From positions 26,164 to 90,163 of the forward strand of contig CAYNUS010000004.1 in the NCBI GenBank assembly GCA_964400625.1: a stretch of 64,000 nucleotides of DNA, in the 5' to 3' direction. Shown here one piece after another: positions 1-10,360 of the stretch. The notes under the pieces are model-generated. The model saw only the letters and a program-made list of their open reading frames with translations. It had not been told where the DNA came from and ran no database searches. Each line of letters opens with the position of its first letter. Position 1 is the first letter of the stretch. The translations under genes were made by a program, and so were the position numbers. Source of the stretch: an uncultured Gammaproteobacteria bacterium. Lineage in GTDB: Bacteria; Patescibacteriota; Patescibacteriia; SG8-24; DYFX01.

Positions 1-368
1 CCGGAGATCCCGACGCCGCCGCTCTCGAACTCCGGGCGCCGCTTGAGCGCCGCGACGATCGGCTCGGGGTCGCCGTAGAGGGCGACGAGGATCTGCTCGC
101 CGTGATGGAGCTTGATCGCGAGCGCCGCGTCCTTGGCGACCTGGTCGAACAGGCGGGCGTCGCGGGTCAGCCGCTCGGGGCGGAGCACCGTCAGCAGGTC
201 GAAGCGGCCGCGATGGCCGGTCCCCTTCACGAGCTCCACGAGCCGCGCGGTGCGGTCGTCGTAGGCGTCGGCGCTGGCGATGACCGTGGTGCGGCACATC
301 GTGGCGTGGGCGGCCTGTGCCGCTTCGGTCGCGGCGTCACGGACGCCTTTCTTCTTTTCCGTCTGCAT
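1..368 (-). CDS. Hypothetical protein, 3' end outside window (MQTEKKKGVRDAATEAAQ...)
   Basis: ATG at 368 preceded by GGAGGA; open frame to the window edge; TTGACC-17-TAACCT promoter at 448-420. Confidence 0.6.
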   Translation of the reverse strand, partial: MQTEKKKGVRDAATEAAQAAHATMCRTTVIASADAYDDRTARLVELVKGTGHRGRFDLLTVLRPERLTRDARLFDQVAKDAALAIKLHHGEQILVALYGDPEPIVAALKRRPEFESGGVGIS

Positions 369-470
369 CAGCGGTCCTCCTCGCGGAACGGGTGTGGATC
401 CAAGGAACACGAAGCCTGCAGGTTACTCCGGTGCCTGATGGCGGTCAAGCGTACGAAAAAATCGGCCTGT

Positions 471-821
471 TCAGCCGATGTCGGGCGGACGCTTCTTGTC
501 CTTGAACCGCGCGATGCGTTCCGCGTTCACGGGGTTGTCCGGGTCGAGGAACGACGCCTCGAGGACGCCGCTCCGTTCGAGCAGGTCCCGTTCGACGTGC
601 GGATGGACCTCGGAGACCAAGGCATCGGCGCGGTCGGTGAAGGCGCACAGCAGGGTGAGCGTGAGCGGGAAGACGCTCGCGACGCCCATGGCGAAAGCCT
701 CCCCCGTCTCGCCCTTGGCGAGATGCAGGCCGAGGAACGCGAGGCAACCCGCCGAGATGGCGGCGAACGCCAGGGTGGCGGTCCAGAGGTCGGATTTCCA
801 AAGGATCTTCTTTTCGCGCAT
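471..821 (-). CDS. Hypothetical membrane protein (2 TM segments)
   Basis: MREKKILW... start with GGAGGA SD; two hydrophobic stretches. Confidence 0.6.
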   Translation of the reverse strand: MREKKILWKSDLWTATLAFAAISAGCLAFLGLHLAKGETGEAFAMGVASVFPLTLTLLCAFTDRADALVSEVHPHVERDLLERSGVLEASFLDPDNPVNAERIARFKDKKRPPDIG

Positions 822-839
822 GCGTCCTCCGATGGCGCG

Positions 840-901
840 AGGATAGGCCGGAACGGCGTTCCCGTCAAGACCTTGACGCTGACGTCGGCGCGTGTTAGTT
901 T
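840..901. promoter_or_regulatory. Back-to-back divergent sigma70 promoters
   Basis: Minus: TTGACG(868-863)-17-TATCCT; plus: TTGACG(873-878)-17-TAGTTT; the two -35 boxes form palindrome CGTCAAG-ac-CTTGACG. Confidence 0.55.
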
Positions 902-931
902 TCCTGGTCGCGAAACCTGCAGGAGGCACGC

Positions 932-1471
932 ATGACCCGACCGACCGATCCCGCGTTCCAGGCTCTTCACGAAGCGTTCGACGGTTTCCGCCGCAGGGCG
1001 GAAGCCACCGGCAGGCCTTTCTCCCACGTCGACCCGCGCCGCTTCGAGGCCGTCGAGAGCTTCGAGGAGCTCCGGACGCCCGGCACGCCCTCGCGGCTGG
1101 CCGCCGTCCGCGTGGCGTTCCGTCTCGCCGCCGAGGACGGCGACCGCCGCGCGTTCTTCCGGCTCGAGGCCCACTTCCTCACGGGCGCCGTCGGCTACGG
1201 CGCGTTCGCCGCCGACCGCCAGCTCATGGACAGCGAGCGCGGCCACGTCTCGTTCCACGCGCTCTACGAATCCCGCCGCGAGGAGGCGTTCGCCATCGGT
1301 ACCGGAGCGCACCTCGCCCAGCTGGGCTGCGCCGCCATGCGCCTGGAGCAGGAGGGCCGGACGGAGGCGGCCGAGGCCATCTGCCGCCTGCTCGAGACGC
1401 AGGAGGGCGAGATGCCGCAGGGCCACCGCGGCGCCCCCGAGTTCGACCTCATGAGCGAGTTCCGCCTCTGA
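932..1471 (+). CDS. Hypothetical protein
   Basis: AGGAGG SD, genome-typical C/G-ending codons, followed by terminator hairpin. Confidence 0.65.
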   Translation: MTRPTDPAFQALHEAFDGFRRRAEATGRPFSHVDPRRFEAVESFEELRTPGTPSRLAAVRVAFRLAAEDGDRRAFFRLEAHFLTGAVGYGAFAADRQLMDSERGHVSFHALYESRREEAFAIGTGAHLAQLGCAAMRLEQEGRTEAAEAICRLLETQEGEMPQGHRGAPEFDLMSEFRL

Positions 1472-1475
1472 AACG

Positions 1476-1506
1476 AAATCCCCCGCCTGCACGGCGAGGG
1501 ATTTTT
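1476..1506. terminator. Bidirectional intrinsic terminator
   Basis: AAATCCCC-CGCC...GGCG-AGGGATTTTT between convergent genes. Confidence 0.6.
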
Positions 1507-1950
1507 CTATGACTGGACGTTCGGCATGCCGCGGCGTTCGCGGTGCTTGCGGACGACCTTCCAGCGCGCCATCTCGCGGGCGAGATGCGCCGTGGCGTCG
1601 GCGAAGCGCTCGGCGTCGTCGTGCTTTTCGGCGAGGACCTGCTCGGCGCGCCTCATGGCCTCCTCGATGGCCTTGAAGTCGAGCTCGTCGGCGCGTTCGG
1701 CGGTGTCGGCCAGGATCGCGATGCGGTTGCCCGGGTGGACCGTCACGAAGCCGCCGGAGACGGCGAGCAGGATCTCCTCGCCCGCCTCGTCGACGAGCCG
1801 AAGCTCGCCCGCCTGGATCGGGGCGACCAGGGGGAGATGGTCCGGCAGCACGGTGATCTCGCCTTCGGTCGTCGGGATCGAGACCTGGCGGATCTTGGCG
1901 CGCACGGCGACGCGTTCCGGCGTCGTGAGTTCGAAGTCGAGGAGTTTCAT
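1507..1950 (-). CDS. atpC: ATP synthase F1 epsilon subunit
   Basis: TPER, GEITVLPDHLPLV, AVSGGF, ILADTAE motifs; operon position. Confidence 0.95.
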   Translation of the reverse strand: MKLLDFELTTPERVAVRAKIRQVSIPTTEGEITVLPDHLPLVAPIQAGELRLVDEAGEEILLAVSGGFVTVHPGNRIAILADTAERADELDFKAIEEAMRRAEQVLAEKHDDAERFADATAHLAREMARWKVVRKHRERRGMPNVQS

Positions 1951-1956
1951 GTGCGC

Positions 1957-3327
<1,371 letters not shown>

Positions 3328-4230
3328 TTATGCGTTGGCGAGCGCGGCGCGCCCGGCGGAGATTTCCGCGATCTCTTGAGTGATGCCGGCCTGGCGTGCC
3401 TGGTTGAAGGTGAGGCGGAGGTCGTCGATCATGTCGGCGGCGGCGTCCGTGGCGTTCTTCATCGCCAGCATGCGCGCCGAGTGCTCCGAGGCGAGCGATT
3501 CGAGGACGGCCTGGTAGAGCTGGGCCTCGGCCACGCGCGGCAGGAGCTGGTCGAGGACGGTGCGCGCGTCGGGTTCGAAGACGTATTCCTCGGCGGCCTT
3601 GGCGTTCGCGTGGACCTCCTCGTGTCCGCGGACCTCGCCGAGCTCGCTGTCGCGCGTGAGCGGGAGCAGCGTCTTGGCGCGGGGCTTCTGGAGGATCGAG
3701 GAGACGAAGTCCGTGTAGATGACGGCGACCTCGCCGTACTCCCCCGCCGTGAAGCCGTTCCTGGCGAGGCGCGCCAGCGGGCGGACCTTCGTGACCGGAG
3801 GGGCGCCGCCGGCGAGCACGTCGCCGAACGAGGCCTTGAGGGGGAGCTTCCGGCGCCGCGCCCACGCCTCGCCGCGGCGGCCGATGGCGATGACGTCGAC
3901 GGAGCCTTCCGGCCGCGAGCGGATGAACTCGTTCGCGACGCGGATCACCTGGGCGTTGAAGCCTCCGCAGAGGCCGCGGTCCGAGGTGACGAGGATCGCC
4001 AGCGCGCGCCCGGACTCCGGCTTCTTGAGGAGCGGATGCGCCTCCTCGCCCCTCTGCTCCAGCCGTGCGACCAGGCTCCACGCCATCTGCGCGTAGGGAC
4101 GCGAAGACAGCACGGCCGAGACGGCCTTGCGCATCTTCGAGGCAGCGACCAGTTCCATCGCCTTCGTGATCTTCTTCGTGTTCACGACGGACTTGATGCG
4201 GCGGTTGATGGCTTTCGTGTTGACTCCCAT
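3328..4230 (-). CDS. atpG: ATP synthase F1 gamma subunit
   Basis: KITKAMELVAASK, SDRGLCG, RQAGITQEIAEI. Confidence 0.98.
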   Translation of the reverse strand: MGVNTKAINRRIKSVVNTKKITKAMELVAASKMRKAVSAVLSSRPYAQMAWSLVARLEQRGEEAHPLLKKPESGRALAILVTSDRGLCGGFNAQVIRVANEFIRSRPEGSVDVIAIGRRGEAWARRRKLPLKASFGDVLAGGAPPVTKVRPLARLARNGFTAGEYGEVAVIYTDFVSSILQKPRAKTLLPLTRDSELGEVRGHEEVHANAKAAEEYVFEPDARTVLDQLLPRVAEAQLYQAVLESLASEHSARMLAMKNATDAAADMIDDLRLTFNQARQAGITQEIAEISAGRAALANA

Positions 4231-4250
4231 GGCGCGCGTTCGGTCGGGAC

Positions 4251-5765
4251 TTAGACGGTCTTCTTGTATTCGGCGATGGCTTCCTTCAGCTCGGCTTCGA
4301 TGTCCGGCTCGAGCGCCTTCTTCTCCTTCAGCTTCTTCATGAGCTCGGCGCGGGAGGCTTTGAGATACCGGTGGAAGCCGTCCTCCCAGTCGCGGACCTT
4401 GTCGATGGCGACGTCGTCGATGAGGCCGTTGGTCACCGCGTAGATGACGGCGGCCTGGTGCTCGAACGGCATCGGCTGGTACTGCGGCTGCTTCAGGATC
4501 TCGACCGTGCGGCGGCCGCGCTCGATCTGCGAGCGCGTCGTCTCGTCGAGATCGGAGGCGAACTGGGCGAAGGCTTCGAGCTCGCGGAACTGCGCGAGGT
4601 CGAGGCGCAGGCGTCCGGCGACCTTCTTCATGACCTTCGTCTGGGCGGCGCCGCCGACGCGCGAGACCGAGAGGCCGACGTTCACGGCCGGGCGGATGCC
4701 GCGGTAGAACAGGTCGCCTTCGAGGTAGATCTGGCCGTCGGTGATGGAAATGACGTTCGTCGGGATGTAGGCGGAGACGTCGCCGGCCTGCGTCTCGATG
4801 ATCGGGAGCGCGGTGAGCGATCCGCCGCCGTGCTCCTTGTTGCGGCAGGCGGCGCGCTCGAGGAGGCGCGAGTGCAGGTAGAAGACGTCGCCCGGATAGG
4901 CTTCGCGGCCCGGCGGGCGCTTCAGGATGAGCGAGATCTGGCGGTAGGCCCAGGCGTGCTTGGAGAGGTCGTCATACACGACGAGCGCGTCCTGGCCCTT
5001 GTCCATGAAGTATTCGCCGATGGCGGCGCCGGCGTACGGCGCGAGGTACGACATCGAGGCGGGGTCGGAGGCGCCGGCCACGACGATGACGGTGTAGTCC
5101 ATCGCGCCCGCTTCCTCGAGCTTCGCCATGATGCGCGCGATCTTCGATTCCTTCTGGCCGATGGCGACGTAGATGCACGTCACGCCCGCGCCCTTCTGGT
5201 TGATGATGGTGTCGACCGCGATGGCGGTCTTGCCGGTCTGGCGGTCGCCGATGATGAGCTCGCGCTGGCCGCGGCCGATCGGGACCATCGCGTCGATGGC
5301 CTTCACGCCGGTCTGGAGCGGGACGCCGACGGGCTCGCGGGTGACGACGCCGGGGGCGACCTTCTCGATCGGATAAGACTTGCCGCCCTTGATCGGGCCC
5401 TTGCCGTCGAGCGGACGGCCGAGCGGATCGACGACGCGGCCGATGAAGGCGTCGGAGACGTCGATCGAGAGGATCTTGCCCGTCGAGCGGACGGTGTCCC
5501 CTTCCTTCAGGTGCTTGGACTCGCCGAGCACGATGGCGCCGACGGTCTCCTCTTCCAGGTTGAGCGCCAGGCCGTAGGTCGGCTCCTTGCCGTCCGGTCC
5601 CGGGAACTCGAGCATCTCCGAAGACATGGCCTCGGTGAGGCCGGTCATGCGGACGACGCCGTCGCCGGATTCGACGATCGTGCCGACCTTCTCGGCCTTG
5701 GCGTCGACCGAGGCCTCGGAGATCTGCTTCTTCAGCGCTTCGATGATGAATTCTTTGGTGGCCAT
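4251..5765 (-). CDS. atpA: ATP synthase F1 alpha subunit
   Basis: [30 protein letters not shown]. Confidence 0.99.
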   Translation of the reverse strand: MATKEFIIEALKKQISEASVDAKAEKVGTIVESGDGVVRMTGLTEAMSSEMLEFPGPDGKEPTYGLALNLEEETVGAIVLGESKHLKEGDTVRSTGKILSIDVSDAFIGRVVDPLGRPLDGKGPIKGGKSYPIEKVAPGVVTREPVGVPLQTGVKAIDAMVPIGRGQRELIIGDRQTGKTAIAVDTIINQKGAGVTCIYVAIGQKESKIARIMAKLEEAGAMDYTVIVVAGASDPASMSYLAPYAGAAIGEYFMDKGQDALVVYDDLSKHAWAYRQISLILKRPPGREAYPGDVFYLHSRLLERAACRNKEHGGGSLTALPIIETQAGDVSAYIPTNVISITDGQIYLEGDLFYRGIRPAVNVGLSVSRVGGAAQTKVMKKVAGRLRLDLAQFRELEAFAQFASDLDETTRSQIERGRRTVEILKQPQYQPMPFEHQAAVIYAVTNGLIDDVAIDKVRDWEDGFHRYLKASRAELMKKLKEKKALEPDIEAELKEAIAEYKKTV

Positions 5766-5767
5766 AT

Positions 5768-6163
5768 TCAGATGAGGGACTTTTTCAGGCGTTCGAGGCT
5801 GCCTTTGACGGAGGCGTCGAGCAGGACGTCGTCGTAGCGGATGACGGCGCCGGCGATGAGCGAAGGATCGATCTCCCAGGTCGTCTCCACGTCGGCGTCG
5901 AGGGCCTTCCTGAAGGAGGCGGCGAGCGCCTGCTTGCGGTCGTCGGCGAGCTCCTCGGCGGAGGTCACGCGCACCTCGCGGACGCCTTCGGCGGCGCGGA
6001 CCTCGGCTTCGAAGGCCTTGATGACGTTCGGGGCGAGCTGGAGCTCGTGGCGCGCGGAGAGGATCTCCACGAACTTCCCGACGGCCTTGCGGACGTCCTT
6101 CTCCCCCAGCCCGGCGGTCACCTGGTAGAGGGCGCGCCCGTAGGTTTCGGCGATGCGCGGCAT
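5768..6163 (-). CDS. atpH: ATP synthase F1 delta subunit (short form)
   Basis: YGRAL N-terminus, IDPSLIAG...[10 protein letters not shown]-terminus. Confidence 0.9.
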   Translation of the reverse strand: MPRIAETYGRALYQVTAGLGEKDVRKAVGKFVEILSARHELQLAPNVIKAFEAEVRAAEGVREVRVTSAEELADDRKQALAASFRKALDADVETTWEIDPSLIAGAVIRYDDVLLDASVKGSLERLKKSLI

Positions 6164-6164
6164 A

Positions 6165-6731
6165 TCAGGAATCGATGCGCTTCGCGGCCGCGTCGAGCAG
6201 GCCCTTCTTCTGCGCGTCGGTGAGCTTCTCGCCGAGCGCCTTGCCGGCGATCATGACCGCGAGCTCGGCGATCTCGGAGCCCGCCTCGCGGACCATCTTC
6301 TCCTTCTCGGCGGCGAGCGTGTCCTTGCCCTGCTGGACGAGGGCGGCGAGTTCCGCCTGCGTCTTGGCCTTGAGTTCGGCGCGCTGGGCTTCGGCGGCCT
6401 TCTGCGCCTCCTCGATGAGGCGCTGGGCTTCCTTGCGGGCGGCCAGGATGGCTTCCTCCGACGCCTGTTCCGCGCCGGACTTGGCGGCCGCGGCGGCTTC
6501 GGCGTCCTTGAGGCCCTTGTCGATCTTGGCGGTGCGGCTGTCGATGATCTTGAGGAGCGGCGTGTAGACCCACTTCCACATGACGAAGAGCACCACGCTG
6601 AAGTTGAGCAGCTGGGCGATGAAGAGCTTCCAGTTCACGCCGAGCGCGCCAAGGACGGATTCCTCGGCATGGACGGTCGCGGCCGCTTCGGCGGCGGCGT
6701 GGACGATTTCGGGTGCGAAGGGGTTGAACAT
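6165..6731 (-). CDS. atpF: ATP synthase Fo b subunit
   Basis: FIAQLLNF TM segment followed by Ala/Glu coiled coil. Confidence 0.93.
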   Translation of the reverse strand: MFNPFAPEIVHAAAEAAATVHAEESVLGALGVNWKLFIAQLLNFSVVLFVMWKWVYTPLLKIIDSRTAKIDKGLKDAEAAAAAKSGAEQASEEAILAARKEAQRLIEEAQKAAEAQRAELKAKTQAELAALVQQGKDTLAAEKEKMVREAGSEIAELAVMIAGKALGEKLTDAQKKGLLDAAAKRIDS

Positions 6732-6790
6732 AAGGTGGCGTAATGCGCTGGCTTTCCCGCCCTTCCGCGAAGGGCGGCCGTGTCAGCGTC

Positions 6791-7012
6791 TTACAGGGTG
6801 AAGACGACGACCAGGGAGTAAATGGCGATGGCTTCCGCGAAGGCGGCGCCGAGGAGCATCGGGACGAAGAGCTTGCCGGCGGATTCCGGGTTGCGGCCGA
6901 TGGCTTCCATGGCCTTGCCGACCAGGTTGCCGATGGCGAGGGCCGGAGCGATGCCGCCGATGGCCATCGTGGCGCCTTTGATGAGGACGGACATGGATTC
7001 TGCGTCGAGCAT
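6791..7012 (-). CDS. atpE: ATP synthase Fo c subunit
   Basis: IGRNPE loop, FAEAIAIY with carboxylate E. Confidence 0.96.
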   Translation of the reverse strand: MLDAESMSVLIKGATMAIGGIAPALAIGNLVGKAMEAIGRNPESAGKLFVPMLLGAAFAEAIAIYSLVVVFTL

Positions 7013-7126
7013 ATGCGTGGTGCGCGGATCGTCGGGTGGACGGAGGGGGTGGGTTTCACGTCTCCTCGATCGCGGCTAAGAGTGAAAGTTCGGACCCCGA
7101 AAAGATCGGGAGCCGAAGGCTTCCTC

Positions 7127-7990
7127 TTAGGAAGCGCGCGCGCCGTGCGGTTCGAGGCCGTGCGCCTCGCCCAGCTCGTCCTCGTGATGCTCCTCGTGGT
7201 CGCCGTGCGGCTTCGACGAGAGGATCGTGAGGTAGACCAGGGCGAGCATCGCGAAGACGGTCGCCTGGACCATGCCCACGATGAGCTCCAGGAAGGTGAA
7301 CGGCAGCGGGACGACGTACGCCACGAGCGAATACATCACGGTGATGAGCACCTCGCCGGCGAAGATGTTGCCGAAGAGGCGCAGCGACAGCGAGACGACC
7401 TTGGCGATCTCGGCGAAGAACTCGATGACGCCGACCAAGAGCTCGACGGCGGCGACCACGATATCCATCGGCTTCTTGCGGAAGGACTTGAAGAACGTCC
7501 CGAGCGCGATGAACTTGTTCCAGTGCGCGAAGAAGCCGATCGTGACGATGCCCACGAGGTGCGAGGCGATGACGGTCAGCGCGGCCATCGCCAGCGTCAT
7601 GTTGAGGTCGGCGTTGGCGGGGCGGAAGATCGGCGCGTTCTCGACGTGTCCGTGGAGCTCGATGGTGCGCCAGAGCGAACCGACGCCCGGCAGGATGCCC
7701 ATCCAGTTGCAGACCAGGATGAAGAGGAAAAGCGTGCCCACGAGCGGCAGGAACTTCTTGGATTTGGCGCGGTCCTGCGTGACCTGGTCGACATAGCCCA
7801 GCATGAACTCGACCAAGCCTTCGACCGCCGACTGGAAGCGGCCCGGGACGTCCGACGTGAGCGCGCGCTTCACGAGGAACGCGACCGCGACGAAGACCGC
7901 GACCGCGAGCCAGGCGTTGATGAGCGAGTTCGTGATCGGGAAGCTCCCGACGTGGAAGATGGGTTCAGCGGCGATCGGCGGGATGGTCAT
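7127..7990 (-). CDS. atpB: ATP synthase Fo a subunit
   Basis: SLSLRLFGNIFAGE, VQATVF; His/Glu-rich tail. Confidence 0.96.
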   Translation of the reverse strand: MTIPPIAAEPIFHVGSFPITNSLINAWLAVAVFVAVAFLVKRALTSDVPGRFQSAVEGLVEFMLGYVDQVTQDRAKSKKFLPLVGTLFLFILVCNWMGILPGVGSLWRTIELHGHVENAPIFRPANADLNMTLAMAALTVIASHLVGIVTIGFFAHWNKFIALGTFFKSFRKKPMDIVVAAVELLVGVIEFFAEIAKVVSLSLRLFGNIFAGEVLITVMYSLVAYVVPLPFTFLELIVGMVQATVFAMLALVYLTILSSKPHGDHEEHHEDELGEAHGLEPHGARAS

Positions 7991-8240
7991 AGCGGTTCAC
8001 CAGGGACTGATATTCCTTTCCGTAGCGGGAGGCTTTCTTCCGGATCGCGAGGGCGCTGAGGCCGAAGGCGAGGGCGAGCGTGCCGAGGAGCGCGTAGGGC
8101 TTCGTCCCCCAGGCGGCGTCGAGGTTCGAGCCGAGGAGGGCGGCCGCGACGGCCGGGATCGCCAGCGTCGCGCCGAAGTCGCCCACGATGCGAAGGCCGA
8201 ACATCTGATACGCGCGCGTGCCGTCGTCCTTCTTTTCCAT
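7965..8240 (-). CDS. AtpZ/AtpI family protein
   Basis: Two TM segments, G..LD..WGTKP motif, first gene of atp operon. Confidence 0.8.
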   Translation of the reverse strand: MEKKDDGTRAYQMFGLRIVGDFGATLAIPAVAAALLGSNLDAAWGTKPYALLGTLALAFGLSALAIRKKASRYGKEYQSLVNRYDHPADRR

Positions 8241-8304
8241 AGATAAGACGACGCCAGTCTATTGGAAGACCGGCGCGACGTCAACGGTGGGTAACTTTAT
8301 TGCG

Positions 8305-9174
8305 CTAACCTTGGCCCATTCTCCGGAACAACCGGCGCGCGTTGGCCGTCGTGGCGGCGGCGACCTCATCGAAGGCGATGCCCTTGAGCGCGGCGACCTT
8401 CTCGGCCACGAGTTTCACGTTGGCGGGCGTGTTGCGTTCGCCGCGGCGCGGGACGGGCGTGAGGTACGGCGAATCGGTCTCGACGACGATGCGGTCGAGC
8501 GGCGCCCACGCGACGACGTCGGTCAGGAGTTCCTTGCCTTCCTTCACGTCCGACTTGCGCGGCGGATACGTGATGGAGCCTCCGAACGCGAGCATGAAGC
8601 CCAGCGCGAGATAGCGTTCGGCGTCGTGCTTGGTGCCCGTGAAGCAATGGATGACGCCGCGGATCGGATCGCCTTCCCGATACGCCCCCCAGATCTTCCC
8701 GATGAGCGCGATCTGGTCATCGTGCGCGTCGCGGCAATGGATGACGACAGGCAGGTCGCTCGCGATGGCGAGCCGCGCGCCCGCTTCGAAGGCGGCGGAT
8801 TCGCGCTCCTTCATCTCCTCCAGGGAGACGTTCTCGTATTCGTAATGATAGTCGAGCCCCATCTCCCCCACCGCCACGACCTTCGGATGCTTCAAAAGTT
8901 CCCCGTAGTAGGCGGGATCGAACGATTCGTTCCGCGACTTGAACTGCACCTCGCCCTCGTCGTGGTAGCCGGCGAAGATGTGCGAAGGATGCAATCCGAC
9001 GGTCGCCCAGACGCCGTCGTATCTTTCCGCGAGCCTGATGCCGTTCGCGCTCGTGTCCTTCTGCGTGCCGATCGTCACCATCTGGACGCCTTGGGAAAGG
9101 CAAGAACGGACGACATCGTCCATGTCGTCCTTGTAGGCGTTGAAGTGCACGTGGCAGTGGGTGTCGATCAGCAT
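8305..9174 (-). CDS. tatD: TatD family deoxyribonuclease
   Basis: IDTHCH, GLHP, VGEMGLDY, IHCRDAH, HCFTG, ETDSPYL. Confidence 0.95.
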   Translation of the reverse strand: MLIDTHCHVHFNAYKDDMDDVVRSCLSQGVQMVTIGTQKDTSANGIRLAERYDGVWATVGLHPSHIFAGYHDEGEVQFKSRNESFDPAYYGELLKHPKVVAVGEMGLDYHYEYENVSLEEMKERESAAFEAGARLAIASDLPVVIHCRDAHDDQIALIGKIWGAYREGDPIRGVIHCFTGTKHDAERYLALGFMLAFGGSITYPPRKSDVKEGKELLTDVVAWAPLDRIVVETDSPYLTPVPRRGERNTPANVKLVAEKVAALKGIAFDEVAAATTANARRLFRRMGQG

Positions 9175-9178
9175 GGGT

Positions 9179-9661
9179 TCAGCCGCCGTCCTTGGGGTTT
9201 TCGCGTTCGCGCTTGCGGCGTTCGGCGGGCGTCAGGTCCTTCTCGGCGGCGATCTTCGCGACGGGCGCGACGTGCTCGACCATCTTGGCGATCGGGGCGA
9301 CAGGGATGACGTGGTCGATGACGGCGGTCGTGACGACTTCCTCGGCGATGTCGTCCAGGATGCCGCCTTCCGAGGCCTTCTTCCGGAGCGTTTCGTAGCG
9401 CCCTTGGATCGCGTCCGCCGCGTCCTCGATGGCCTCGAGTTCCTCCTGCTCCTCGCGGGTGAGATGGCCTTCCTGGCGTCCGGCCTGCAGGCGCGCCTCA
9501 TGGACGGCCTTGAGTGCCTCCTCGGATTCGGTCTTCGCGAGCGCGAGTTCGGCCTTGAAGGCGCGGCTCCGTTCGCCGAAAAGGTCGACGCCCGCTTCCT
9601 GTTCGGGCGAGCGCTTCTTCTCCCGTTCCGCGGAGGGCTTCGGGCGTTCGAAAATCCCCAT
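9179..9661 (-). CDS. Hypothetical protein (charged, helical)
   Basis: Co-oriented, tightly packed ORF with typical codon usage. Confidence 0.6.
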   Translation of the reverse strand: MGIFERPKPSAEREKKRSPEQEAGVDLFGERSRAFKAELALAKTESEEALKAVHEARLQAGRQEGHLTREEQEELEAIEDAADAIQGRYETLRKKASEGGILDDIAEEVVTTAVIDHVIPVAPIAKMVEHVAPVAKIAAEKDLTPAERRKRERENPKDGG

Positions 9662-9665
9662 AGCT

Positions 9666-9851
9666 TCAGCCGAGCCCGAGCTGGCGGCGCAGCTTGGCGA
9701 TCAATCCTTGGTCGCGGCGTTTCCCGACGGAGGCCGTGAAGGCGCGGCTCCGGCTCATGAGCGCGCGCATGTCGGCGCGGAGGCTGCGGAGTTCGGCCTG
9801 CATGCCCATGAGCTGCGCTTCGGAGAGCGGCAAGGCGGCGGCGATGCTCAT
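9666..9851 (-). CDS. Small hypothetical protein
   Basis: Start overlaps the cvpA stop; packed in operon. Confidence 0.5.
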   Translation of the reverse strand: MSIAAALPLSEAQLMGMQAELRSLRADMRALMSRSRAFTASVGKRRDQGLIAKLRRQLGLG

Positions 9852-10360
9852 ATCACGGACTGGATCTGGCGCACCGCCTGCGGAAGGAGCGGCGCGAAGA
9901 GGCCGAAGGCGTGCAGGAGCCAGATGCCGACATGCGAGGCGGCCAGCACGGAGCCGAAGCTCGCGCTGATCGGATAGCGCGCGGCGATGTAGAGCGCGCC
10001 GCCGACCACGACGATGCCTTCCAGGAAGCCGAGCAGGCCGCCCAAGAGCGCATTGAACGTCTTCAGGAACGGGATGACGGCGACGATCTTGAAGACCTTC
10101 TCGATGATCCAGAAGACGAGGCCGATCAGGCGGTTCACGAGGATCATGAGCACGAGGAACATCACGACGCGCGCAAGGTTCTCGTTGCCGAAGAAGACGC
10201 CGGCGACCGCCTGGCCCCAGCTGTCGTAATAGCGGCCGGCCACGAGCACCGAGAGCACCATGCCGACGAGGCCGCCGAGCGCATGGATCAAGCCGAACCA
10301 GAGCCCCGCCAGGACGAAGGCGAAGACCGAGAGGACGAGGATGAGGTCGAAGAAGGTCAT
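9848..10360 (-). CDS. CvpA family membrane protein
   Basis: DLIL...G..GLI N-terminus, LLGGLLGFLEG motif, 4-5 TM segments. Confidence 0.85.
   Translation of the reverse strand: MTFFDLILVLSVFAFVLAGLWFGLIHALGGLVGMVLSVLVAGRYYDSWGQAVAGVFFGNENLARVVMFLVLMILVNRLIGLVFWIIEKVFKIVAVIPFLKTFNALLGGLLGFLEGIVVVGGALYIAARYPISASFGSVLAASHVGIWLLHAFGLFAPLLPQAVRQIQSVI

Noticed and set aside
6791-7012. Na+-translocating c subunit
   Set aside because: Lacks the Q and E-S/T ligands (has AEAIAIY), so Na+ specificity is not supported
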